DNA from: an uncultured Gammaproteobacteria bacterium
Lineage (GTDB): Bacteria; Patescibacteriota; Patescibacteriia; Patescibacteriales; GWE2-39-37
Direction: 5' to 3'
DNA length: 64,000 bases
NCBI GenBank assembly: GCA_964443495.1
Contig: CAYUCS010000003.1
Span: 4,031-68,030 of the forward strand
How positions within the stretch are numbered: the stretch's first letter is position 1; the number at the start of each line of letters is the position of its first letter. The position numbers and the translations under genes were made by a program. The notes under the pieces are model-generated. The model was not told the DNA's origin. It worked only from the letters and a program-made list of their open reading frames with translations, and ran no database searches. This document shows positions 16,758 to 24,612 of this stretch, piece after piece.

Positions 16758-17800
16758 GTCGCCTCTCCTTTCATGATCGAACGGTTGAACCGCTCAGCCT
16801 TGGCGGGCAACTCCGCCAATCCGCAATCAGTCGAAATCTTGGCCAGCAGCAGGCGATTCGCTGCCGCAATTTCAAGCGTCTGCTGCCAATCGGGTATCTT
16901 TTCGATGAATGCTGCCAGCTCTGGCGTGCCGCGCCCCTCTACCCGGGCATGGTTCGTTTCAGCTTCTTGGCAGCCGACATAAACGACCTTGCCGCCAACC
17001 AAGCGGAACAACGACTTGTCCGGCTGCAGGCCGTAAGGGATTTCCAGAAAAAGATTCGCTCCTTTCGGCACTCGCCTGAGCGACTTTTTCAAGAGCTCGA
17101 CCCAAGGCCGCCCTACCGCTTCCCGCAGCTCTTCCGGCCGTTCCAATGCCACCTTGACCAGATTGTCGGTGCCGAAGCGCTCGCGCAGGTGCGGCTTCAG
17201 TTCCTGATTGAAGTCATCCGTATTCACGTGCACATTCATGGCATCGACAGCGGATAGAGTTCTGAGAAAGGTCGATTTGCCCGAACCGGGACGCCCGACT
17301 ACCATGAACAGGTTGTTGAGGCTGAGCGCTTTTTCCAGCAGGGCGGAAATGATCAGTGGCGAAACGCACGCCGACAGATTGTGCAGTTCGAGTTCGGCGG
17401 CGGATTTGCAGACGCGTGTCGACGAGACTTCAGACAAAGCATCGTCGCTGAACAGATAAAGATACTTATCGATGCCGAATTTGCTGCGATTCAAGCAAGC
17501 AACCTCCTGTTCGTGGACCAAGTCGCTCTGGCTGCGGATGCCTCTGATCATTACGACTTGTGACAAGTCGTGCCGCAATTCCTTGAACTCGCCGATCGTC
17601 ATGATCGAGACGTTTTCCGGCAAGGCATACCCTTCCCACAAACGCTTCGACTCTTCGGGGGCGAACCACGGCTCTTTGTCGATATTGACCGAACAGACGA
17701 CAGTCACCCAGGGAACGAGGGCGGCTGCTTTCTTGACGACTCCAAGGTGTCCATAAGTCGGCGGCGAAAAAGTTCCGGGATAGCAATATATCGTTTTCAT
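16727..17800 (-). CDS. fusion of phosphopantetheine adenylyltransferase (CoaD-like) and a P-loop kinase domain (possibly dephospho-CoA-kinase-like)
   Basis: N-terminal YPGTFSPPTYGH, IRGIRSQSDLVHEQEVACLNR and SSTRV track E. coli CoaD. The C-terminal half has Walker A GRPGSGKST followed by NTDDFNQEL..RERFG. SD is GAGGAGGG. Confidence 0.65.
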   Translation of the reverse strand: MKTIYCYPGTFSPPTYGHLGVVKKAAALVPWVTVVCSVNIDKEPWFAPEESKRLWEGYALPENVSIMTIGEFKELRHDLSQVVMIRGIRSQSDLVHEQEVACLNRSKFGIDKYLYLFSDDALSEVSSTRVCKSAAELELHNLSACVSPLIISALLEKALSLNNLFMVVGRPGSGKSTFLRTLSAVDAMNVHVNTDDFNQELKPHLRERFGTDNLVKVALERPEELREAVGRPWVELLKKSLRRVPKGANLFLEIPYGLQPDKSLFRLVGGKVVYVGCQEAETNHARVEGRGTPELAAFIEKIPDWQQTLEIAAANRLLLAKISTDCGLAELPAKAERFNRSIMKGEATWLTCSSGSF

Positions 17801-17939
17801 GGCTGTGCCCTCCTCGTTGAAATTGTAATGAGCTTTTCTTCATTATTGCCAAAATCGCCCTTGCCTGCCTTGGAATCGGCGGTAAAAATTTTTATATATT
17901 GTTTTTTATCTAATTTTTGATAAAATAATTGCATAATCT

Positions 17940-17955
17940 GTCGAAAATTTTCGAC
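17940..17955. promoter_or_regulatory. perfect 16-bp palindrome GTCGAAAATTTTCGAC, candidate operator
   Basis: Self-complementary. It lies 13 nt upstream of the TrmB-like gene ATG, in the divergent promoter region. Confidence 0.4.
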
Positions 17956-17967
17956 AACAATAATCAT

Positions 17968-18723
17968 ATGCTGCAAGAAATCAAAAAAAGCCTGGCTGAG
18001 CTCGGCTTCAATCGCAACGAAATGAATGTCTATGTGGCCCTCACCCAATTGGGCGAAGCGCCGGCCGCGCAGATCGCCAAAAAAGCCGGACTGCCCCGAA
18101 CGACCGCCATCAGCATCCTGGCCAAATTGGCCGAAGAGAATTACCTGACCCAGCACCGCTACCGCGGCGTCACCTACTACTGGGTGGAGTCGCCCCAAGC
18201 GATTGCCAGCGCTTTCGAGACCAAGATCAAGATCGCCAACGACTTGAACTCGCTTCTGACCGACTTGTACCGCAGTGAAACGCATTTCCCTCATGCCCAG
18301 GTCTACGACACCAAAAACTCAATCCGCAACTTCATTGAAAAATTCATCGCTTCGCTACCCAAAAATGCCGTCATCCATACGATAGATACGCCTAGCGCCG
18401 GCAACTATTCGAAAATATATTCCGAGCAGATCGGCTCGTCGATGCTCGGCAAAAAGCAAAAACGCGGCATCGTCACCAAAACGCTCGTGCCCCATGGCAG
18501 CATTCGAGCAATCAACCCCTCCAAGCTGGCCGCACAAAAAATCGAATTAAGGGAACTGCCCAAAGATATCGATTTCAAGGCCTCGTTCTGGCTAGCCCAG
18601 AACCAGTTGGTTCACTTTTCCGGCAACCCGCCCTTTGCGGTCGCCATCAAGCATCCGCTGATCGTCAAAAGCTTCGAATCGATTTATGATTTTTTGTGGA
18701 AGATCTCGCAAAAACAGGATTAA
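17968..18723 (+). CDS. TrmB-family transcriptional regulator
   Basis: N-terminal wHTH LAELGFNRNEMNVYVALTQLGEAPAAQIAKKAGLPRTTAISILAKL. The start is set at MLQEIKK because the track start at 17929 would include the palindrome. Confidence 0.7.
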   Translation: MLQEIKKSLAELGFNRNEMNVYVALTQLGEAPAAQIAKKAGLPRTTAISILAKLAEENYLTQHRYRGVTYYWVESPQAIASAFETKIKIANDLNSLLTDLYRSETHFPHAQVYDTKNSIRNFIEKFIASLPKNAVIHTIDTPSAGNYSKIYSEQIGSSMLGKKQKRGIVTKTLVPHGSIRAINPSKLAAQKIELRELPKDIDFKASFWLAQNQLVHFSGNPPFAVAIKHPLIVKSFESIYDFLWKISQKQD

Positions 18724-18784
18724 GCAAATCTCTTGACAAAAATCTTATTTTATGGAAAAATAAACTGATTTGCACCTTAAAAAA

Positions 18785-18800
18785 TCGCTATTCATAGCGA
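18785..18800. promoter_or_regulatory. inverted repeat TCGCTAT-tc-ATAGCGA
   Basis: 7-bp arms located between a TTGACA promoter (18731) and the SD of the downstream membrane-protein gene. Confidence 0.3.
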
Positions 18801-18857
18801 ATTATTCGCATAAAGCAACTATAACCTTTGAGTCAACTACCCCAAGGAGGTGGCATA

Positions 18858-21269
18858 ATGGCCAAAAAGAAGAAAAACAAAGGCAAGAAGCAGAAAAAGT
18901 CGACTTCACTCGGCACGTCCATGGCCCAAACGCTGGAAGAATTCCTGCGCCAACCGACAATTTCGGAAAAATGGGAGGAACGGAAGGAAAGATACAACAA
19001 ATCAGCCGAAGATAACCTCACGTTCGACTACAAGACCAATGAACAACTAGTCATCAAGGAGGCGATCGTCCCAGCATTGGCGCTCTGGAAATTCATCAAG
19101 AGGCATGCCAGTGAGCAGTACACCCACTTCAGAACGGAGAAAGGAATCGAGGAGCGGAAAAACTTCCTGCAGTCGTTCATCGGCTCGAACAACCGCTACG
19201 TCAGACTCGTAGCCATGATCGAGCTGATGCCGATCACCATCTGGCGGCGCATCCTGTGGCGCACCAACATCGACTTCGTCTCCTACGAAAGCTTCTTTCG
19301 GAGACTGCAGCCGGAGCATTGGCTGGCGATCGAGTCGAATTTCGTCGATCTGCAGAACGGACAGACGCCCAGAATACTTACCGCCAAGGAGGCGAAGCAG
19401 GCTGAATTCCAGCCAGCAGCACTCGCTGCCGCCACCGAAGGCAACCCCTTCTTGCGCCACGTTTCCAAACCGGCCTGGACCAAGAACCTGTTCAGTTTCG
19501 ACTTCGGATTCAACAAGTACCCCGGCGGCAAGGACAACGATTCGCCAATCCTGAGCACTGCCGATCGCCGACGCTTGCACTCGAGCGACAACTCCAAGGA
19601 TTTCGTCGTCGATACCGAGTTCGGCCGCTACATGCGGCTCTACCGTTCGGCCAGGTCGAATTATGTCATCCGGCCGAACGAGGATGTCGAGCTGAAAACC
19701 CACATCTGCCCCGGCTACTGGGCGACGATACTGATCCATCTCTTGTTCTGGGTCATCTCCCCCGCCATGGCCGCAGTCATGCTCGCCACCGCTTCTTCGA
19801 ACAACCTGCTTTGGTGGGCTAACGTCCTCTTGGGCATTCCGGCCGCGGTCACTCCGCTGTGGCTCCTCTGCGCCGGGGTCAAGTTTTCCTGGATCAAGGC
19901 CAACAGCTGGATTGACAACCGCGGAACCAAGTGGGTCAGGGCCGGACTGAATTATCTTGAACGGCTTTTCGATGAACACCCCAGGCGCTGCGAAATCGCG
20001 CTCGCCGCTTTAGTTTCGTTGGTTGTCGGTTCGATAGCCACTGTCGGATTCGCGGCGATTCTTAAGCTGCCGAACGGCCTCGTCGCCGGACTGGCCGCTG
20101 CCGCTTACACCGGCTATCGCTTCAGCCGCATCGGCAAAACGGAAAAGCCGATGCCGATGGACCTGTTCATCCCGCTCTACCTGGCCTGCCTCTATCTGGG
20201 CGGACTGCTCGCAATCAAATGGTCCCCGCATCTGGTCAAGTGGCTGGGCTTGGTGGCCAAGTACGCGATCATCCTTTTCACTCGCTGGATTCCGCATGCG
20301 CTCTCCGAAACCTTGGCATTCCTTGCTTGGGTCTGGATGCATGCCTCCAACTTCGTGGCCGTTTATGTGCTGCCCACGCTGAAATACCTGCTTTTGGGCA
20401 TGCTTTCAGTCGGTTTTCTGTGGCTGCTCTTGCTTGTTCCGTTGGCGCTCATGGGCATCGTCTATTTCGCTTATTGCCGGCTGCCCAAAGAAACGCAAAC
20501 CGACATTGATTATCTGGTCGAGAAGCTCTGCTTCTACAGCACCATCGGCATCGCCGGACTAATGCTTCTGGCGTGTGTCATCACCGCCCGCTGGAACGGC
20601 TTGGGCCTGCTTTCGGCCGAGTCGCTTGCCGGGGTTGTCATTCTTGGCATCTTCTCCTCCATTGCCGCTGCCTCGACCAGATCGATGGCTCAAAAGCTGA
20701 ACCCCGAAATCCAGCAGCTCAAAGAGGAGAATTGGTCCATGCGCGGCAACCTGAGACTATACGGCAAATTCGATCACCGCTACATGGTTGAAAACGCCTG
20801 GTTCAAGACGCTGCCGCTCGAAGAAAAGACTGAACTGGCCAAAATGATCGACAGCTTCGTCTCCTCCTACATTCCGACCAACCTGGAAGGAACAGCCATC
20901 GCCCTGTTCATGAAGCAAATCAGAAGCTTCCAAGCAATGGAACGCATCAAGGACGCCTGGGAATCTTTTACTAACGCGAGCGGCGAGGATCGACTATCGA
21001 TCATTGAAATCATGCTGAAGAAACCGGTCGATTTCGATGAGGCTCATCGCTTACTCTGTAAGCAGAAAGAGAGGTCAAAGAAAAACGCCAAGGTCGCCAT
21101 AATCCTGGCCAAAACCGTTTTCGCCCCGATTTACTTCCCTTGTCTGGCACTTTGGTGGCTGGGCAGCAAGATCTGCGTCGGCCTGCAGCACGTGCTTGAC
21201 TTCCGCCGAATGGCTAAAGCGATCCGGGATTTCTGCCCGTATATCGTCAAGTCAGAAATCCTTGAATAG
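18858..21269 (+). CDS. large polytopic membrane protein, unknown function (803 aa)
   Basis: AAGGAGG lies 7 nt before ATG 18858. It has a Lys-rich N-terminus, a ~300-aa soluble N-domain, at least 10 TM segments and a ~170-aa C-domain. Confidence 0.6.
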   Translation: MAKKKKNKGKKQKKSTSLGTSMAQTLEEFLRQPTISEKWEERKERYNKSAEDNLTFDYKTNEQLVIKEAIVPALALWKFIKRHASEQYTHFRTEKGIEERKNFLQSFIGSNNRYVRLVAMIELMPITIWRRILWRTNIDFVSYESFFRRLQPEHWLAIESNFVDLQNGQTPRILTAKEAKQAEFQPAALAAATEGNPFLRHVSKPAWTKNLFSFDFGFNKYPGGKDNDSPILSTADRRRLHSSDNSKDFVVDTEFGRYMRLYRSARSNYVIRPNEDVELKTHICPGYWATILIHLLFWVISPAMAAVMLATASSNNLLWWANVLLGIPAAVTPLWLLCAGVKFSWIKANSWIDNRGTKWVRAGLNYLERLFDEHPRRCEIALAALVSLVVGSIATVGFAAILKLPNGLVAGLAAAAYTGYRFSRIGKTEKPMPMDLFIPLYLACLYLGGLLAIKWSPHLVKWLGLVAKYAIILFTRWIPHALSETLAFLAWVWMHASNFVAVYVLPTLKYLLLGMLSVGFLWLLLLVPLALMGIVYFAYCRLPKETQTDIDYLVEKLCFYSTIGIAGLMLLACVITARWNGLGLLSAESLAGVVILGIFSSIAAASTRSMAQKLNPEIQQLKEENWSMRGNLRLYGKFDHRYMVENAWFKTLPLEEKTELAKMIDSFVSSYIPTNLEGTAIALFMKQIRSFQAMERIKDAWESFTNASGEDRLSIIEIMLKKPVDFDEAHRLLCKQKERSKKNAKVAIILAKTVFAPIYFPCLALWWLGSKICVGLQHVLDFRRMAKAIRDFCPYIVKSEILE

Positions 21270-21291
21270 CTGCTTATGCGAATAACCCCTG

Positions 21292-21320
21292 ACCCGCCGA
21301 CCACCATCGGCGGGTTTTTT
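21292..21320 (+). terminator. Rho-independent terminator
   Basis: 9-bp stem acccgccga/tcggcgggt followed by T6. Confidence 0.8.
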
Positions 21321-21358
21321 CATATTGCCAGAACGAGTTTTCCTGTTAAAATTAAGTC

Positions 21359-21781
21359 ATGAAATACGTAACGCAAAACAACGAGGAAACTTTCGCCTTG
21401 GCCCAAAAAACCGCCGCCCGAATGAACGGCGGCGATGTCATCGGCCTGATCGGCGATCTGGGAGCCGGCAAAACTGTTTTCAGCCAAGGCTTGGCAGCCG
21501 GTCTTGGCGTGAAAGAATATGTAACCAGCCCCACCTTCGTGGTCATGAAAGTTTATGACTGCTACAACCACCCCACGATCAAGCAGTTATGCCACATCGA
21601 CGCCTACCGTCTCAAAAGCGGGGCTGATTTACTCTCCCTGGGAATAGAGGATTATATGGGGGAGGCTTCAACGCTTACCGTAATAGAGTGGTCAGACCGA
21701 GTTTCCGAGATTCTGCCGAATAATGCGAAAATTATCAATTTTACGATCCTGGACAGCCAGAGAAGCATTGAAATCGGCTAA
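21359..21781 (+). CDS. tsaE: tRNA t6A37 biosynthesis ATPase TsaE
   Basis: GDLGAGKTVFSQGL Walker A, SPTFVVMKVY, HIDAYRL; 140 aa. Confidence 0.85.
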   Translation: MKYVTQNNEETFALAQKTAARMNGGDVIGLIGDLGAGKTVFSQGLAAGLGVKEYVTSPTFVVMKVYDCYNHPTIKQLCHIDAYRLKSGADLLSLGIEDYMGEASTLTVIEWSDRVSEILPNNAKIINFTILDSQRSIEIG

Positions 21782-21784
21782 CTA

Positions 21785-21813
21785 TTGACAAATATCATAA
21801 AATATGCTATTGT
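21785..21813 (+). promoter_or_regulatory. promoter TTGACA-N17-TATTGT (TGC extended -10)
   Basis: It begins 4 nt after the tsaE stop and would give a very short leader before ATG 21827. Confidence 0.5.
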
Positions 21814-21826
21814 TATATATCGTCAT

Positions 21827-22750
21827 ATGTCCATAGAAAACAACCTTAATCGATACCCCTCAGCCGAGGAACCTGACCTTGAAAGCCAGGCAGAAACAAT
21901 AATCGCAACTTTCCCGCCAGAACTGCAGAAAAGATGGCGTGATTTTTTCGATGACAGCGAAGACCAGCAAGCCGCATTCAATCAGATCCTGGAAATTGCC
22001 GATCGACGGGAAAAAATAACGCAGAATGCGGTAACTGACGACGATTTTAAAGTTGAATTTACCGGCGAGGCAAATCGCCAGAACGAGGAATGGAAGGCGG
22101 CCGTACTTGAAGACATTCACAAAATCTTGAAATCACGCGCAGTATCGATCGGTTACGGAAAAACGGCGGAAGTATACGAAAGGCATTTCAAGGACGGCTC
22201 GACCTCTGATTACTGCATCAAAGTCATTTACAATATCAAAGAACCGGAATACGCCGACCACAATGATATCAAGACCGAGTTTTCCTATCTTGAAAAACTT
22301 GCCGACATCGAAGTCGAAGGCGTCCGCACATCAAAGCCTTATGCCTACGTGCAGAACAAGGGTGCGCATATCCTGGTGATGGAAAAGTTCAACGCATTCG
22401 CGCTCGCGAACATTTTTGACGGGACTCAAAAAATACCGCAAGGTTTTGACCCGGAAATTTTTTTCACGAGATTGAAACGTTATGTGCAAAAAATGCACGA
22501 GCTCAAAATCCATCATCGAGATTTGCACGCCGGCAACATCATGATTGATCGCCAAACCCTGATGCCGCTTGTAATCGACCTAGGAAAGACCAAGGAAGTG
22601 CTTGGTAACGACGACCCATACCTGGAGCTTAACACCGGCCTGCGAGGCGATGAGTCCAAGTCTTTCATGAATGATTTAGTAAAAATTGAAGAACATAAAA
22701 AAACATTCGCTCTTTTGTTAAGGAGCCAGAAAGGAGAGCAGCCAAGATGA
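21827..22750 (+). CDS. atypical protein-kinase-like protein (RIO/Bud32/Kdo-kinase-like fold)
   Basis: Catalytic loop HRDLHAGNIMI, metal-binding VIDLGK, and the Lys-containing strand YCIKVIY. The N-terminal ~100 aa are acidic and unassigned. Confidence 0.6.
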   Translation: MSIENNLNRYPSAEEPDLESQAETIIATFPPELQKRWRDFFDDSEDQQAAFNQILEIADRREKITQNAVTDDDFKVEFTGEANRQNEEWKAAVLEDIHKILKSRAVSIGYGKTAEVYERHFKDGSTSDYCIKVIYNIKEPEYADHNDIKTEFSYLEKLADIEVEGVRTSKPYAYVQNKGAHILVMEKFNAFALANIFDGTQKIPQGFDPEIFFTRLKRYVQKMHELKIHHRDLHAGNIMIDRQTLMPLVIDLGKTKEVLGNDDPYLELNTGLRGDESKSFMNDLVKIEEHKKTFALLLRSQKGEQPR

Positions 22751-22941
22751 AGATTTCTGTTCAGATGAAAAAAATGGCTGCTGAAGCAGCCGAGGTCATG
22801 ATTGCTGAGGGATCTTCCCTCAGACAAATCGAAGCTACAGGTTTTTTCGTGGCGACTTCCGTACCCGAAGGGTACAGCTGCTGGGACGAATTCCAACATC
22901 AAAATCAGACGATTTTCATCGTCTGGCAAGGTGAGGAATAG
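22747..22941 (+). CDS. small hypothetical protein (64 aa)
   Basis: An ATGA overlap with the kinase stop suggests translational coupling, and a strong terminator follows. Confidence 0.4.
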   Translation: MKISVQMKKMAAEAAEVMIAEGSSLRQIEATGFFVATSVPEGYSCWDEFQHQNQTIFIVWQGEE

Positions 22942-22958
22942 ACTCCCCAGGCAATACC

Positions 22959-22988
22959 GGCCGATCACTCTGTGATCGGCCCTTTTTT
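22959..22988 (+). terminator. Rho-independent terminator overlapping the lspA 3' end
   Basis: 10-bp stem ggccgatcac/gtgatcggcc followed by T6. Confidence 0.75.
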
Positions 22989-23417
22989 ATATGAGAGCAG
23001 CAACAGCCAAACTACGCCGCAAAATATCATCACGTCAGCGGCGTTGAGGATACTGAAGTAAGCGACATCAAGATAATCGATGACAAATCCGTACCTAACC
23101 CGATCGAACAAATTACTGCTTGCCCCAGCGATAATCAGGACATAGGCAAACAAGTGGTAAAAATTACGGGAAATGAACGATTTAAACGCGAAATACGCCA
23201 ACACTGACACGATCAAGCCAACGACAATCAATAACGGCAGGCCGGAAAAAGGCAATGAAAAAGCTATCCCGAAATTCCTGCTGAATGAAAAGCTCAAAAA
23301 ACCGCCCCAAAGCGGCTTACTCACGCCAGCCAAAGCGGCTGCCTTAAGGAAGCGGTCAACGGAAAACAAAAAAACAACAGCCAAAAATAATGCTGTTGTT
23401 TTGTATCTGAAATGCAT
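22965..23417 (-). CDS. lspA: lipoprotein signal peptidase II
   Basis: Motifs NFGIAFS and GASSNLFDRVRYGFVIDYL, four TM segments. Confidence 0.85.
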   Translation of the reverse strand: MHFRYKTTALFLAVVFLFSVDRFLKAAALAGVSKPLWGGFLSFSFSRNFGIAFSLPFSGLPLLIVVGLIVSVLAYFAFKSFISRNFYHLFAYVLIIAGASSNLFDRVRYGFVIDYLDVAYFSILNAADVMIFCGVVWLLLLSYKKGPITE

Positions 23418-23426
23418 ATTCCCTTG

Positions 23427-23780
23427 TTAAGCTCCGTTCTGCAGCTTGCTCTTGCAATCAACGCAAGCACTGGCCACCGGCCTGGCGATCAAGCGCTTCG
23501 GATTGATGGCATTGCCGCAATACTTGCAGGTGCCATAGCTGCCGTCTTCGATCCTTTTTAAGGCGTTATCAATATCCCGAAGATTGTCGATCAAGATGCG
23601 TTCCGTGGCAAGATTGGTAGTGTAGCTATCGATTTCCTGGGCGTTCTCATCCGGTTTGTCACCATACTCTGGAAAAACAGCACCATCTTCGTCGCCGCCC
23701 AATTTAGCCAGCTCTCCCCGGATCTGCTCACGCTCCTTGAGCAATTCTTCCTTGATCGTGTTTAGAGTTTCTTTGTCCAT
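23427..23780 (-). CDS. DksA/TraR-family C4 zinc-finger protein
   Basis: Coiled-coil N-terminus and CKYCGNAI..(N17)..CVDCK. Confidence 0.8.
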   Translation of the reverse strand: MDKETLNTIKEELLKEREQIRGELAKLGGDEDGAVFPEYGDKPDENAQEIDSYTTNLATERILIDNLRDIDNALKRIEDGSYGTCKYCGNAINPKRLIARPVASACVDCKSKLQNGA

Positions 23781-23845
23781 ATGTTTGTTCTAATCACTCT
23801 CATCTTACTCGATTAGCTGCCGTTTGACAAGCTCCCCCTTTTGGA

Positions 23846-23877
23846 CAAAAAAAAGAGGGGCCCAGTCGGGCCCCTCT
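23846..23877 (-). terminator. strong orphan terminator (minus strand) upstream of the dksA-like promoter
   Basis: Perfect 10-bp stem agaggggccc/gggcccctct with a U8 run on the minus strand. No annotated gene ends here. Confidence 0.6.
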
Positions 23878-23994
23878 TTGTATATAACATACATTGAAAT
23901 ATAATAGGCCACTGAGCCCCATCCCTAAGAGATAAACGCTATTTCATCTTTCGATGATTTAGGTATTTCCGCTCTCAGGGCGAGCTTGTTGCTT

Positions 23995-24024
23995 GCTTGT
24001 CAACTTACACAAGCTGTGTTTTTT
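23995..24024 (+). terminator. orphan terminator-like hairpin (plus strand)
   Basis: gcttgt-caacttac-acaagc followed by tgtgtttttt. No plus-strand gene lies upstream. Confidence 0.4.
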
Positions 24025-24307
24025 ACCGATCTGCGGTAATAGTAATTTTATATAGTAATTATTACTACCTTTTTTCTTTTGTTTTTGTTTTGATGCAATG
24101 TTGACTCTTGCGTTAGATCAGTAGAAAACAAAGTTCTCTCTAAAATGTTTTTCAGAGAAAGCTTTCGGGGTGTAAAGAACGATCATCTATAAATAGTATA
24201 GCATAAATTTGACAACCTGGCAAAGGGTTGGTCAAGTATATATTTTAGAGCCTGCAATCATCTAATATTAGTAAAAAAATACTCAGCATACAAATCTTAA
24301 AATATTT

Positions 24308-24316
24308 TTGTCCACA
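24308..24316 (+). promoter_or_regulatory. DnaA-box-like 9-mer TTGTCCACA
   Basis: One mismatch to the TTATCCACA consensus. Confidence 0.3.
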
Positions 24317-24361
24317 GCCTCTTGGACATAAATATCAAACCTCTGGATGATTGCAAACAAC

Positions 24362-24370
24362 TTATCCACA
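24362..24370 (+). promoter_or_regulatory. perfect DnaA-box consensus TTATCCACA
   Basis: Exact 9-mer, 54 nt from the other box, in a gene-free AT-rich region. Confidence 0.35.
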
Positions 24371-24393
24371 GATAAGTCCACGAATCAATGGAC

Positions 24394-24427
24394 AAAAAAG
24401 CCCCAAGAGTTACTTGGGGCTTTCTTT
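24394..24427. terminator. terminator of tRNA-Cys (bidirectional hairpin)
   Basis: 8-bp stem gccccaag/cttggggc with A6 and T-rich flanks. Confidence 0.75.
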
Positions 24428-24428
24428 G

Positions 24429-24499
24429 AGGTCACGGTGGGAATCGAACCCACGATAAGAGTTTTGCAGACTCATGCCTTACCACTTGGCCACGTGACC
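24429..24499 (-). tRNA. tRNA-Cys(GCA)
   Basis: The reverse complement reads GGTCACG..CTGCAAA..GGGTTCGATTCCCAC CGTGACC T, a full cloverleaf. Confidence 0.9.
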
Positions 24500-24538
24500 G
24501 AAAAATTAGGGCCGCATTGACCCTAATTATCTTATTAC

Positions 24539-24567
24539 AATATAGCAGAAGTGTAAATCCTAAGCAA
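24539..24567 (-). promoter_or_regulatory. promoter TTGCTT-N17-TATATT (TGC extended -10) for tRNA-Cys
   Basis: The minus strand reads ttgctt aggatttacacttctgc tatatt. Confidence 0.5.
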
Positions 24568-24581
24568 CACCGCACTGAATC

Positions 24582-24609
24582 AAAACACCCCGGTTGCCCG
24601 GGGTGTTTT
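24582..24609. terminator. bidirectional terminator after the 3D-domain gene
   Basis: 9-bp stem acaccccgg/ccggggtgt with A and T runs. Confidence 0.75.
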
Positions 24610-24612
24610 AAG

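Noticed and set aside
23880-24030. Type I toxin-antitoxin (small hydrophobic peptide plus antisense RNA) between the two orphan terminators
   Set aside because: Translation of both strands gives only 2-13-codon ORFs, or ORFs that run through the terminator. None is hydrophobic or preceded by an SD.
24035-24428. Confident call of the chromosomal origin (oriC)
   Set aside because: Only two good DnaA boxes are present, no dnaA or dnaN gene is nearby, and gene orientation does not visibly switch here. It is kept only as a low-confidence possibility within the orphan-locus finding.
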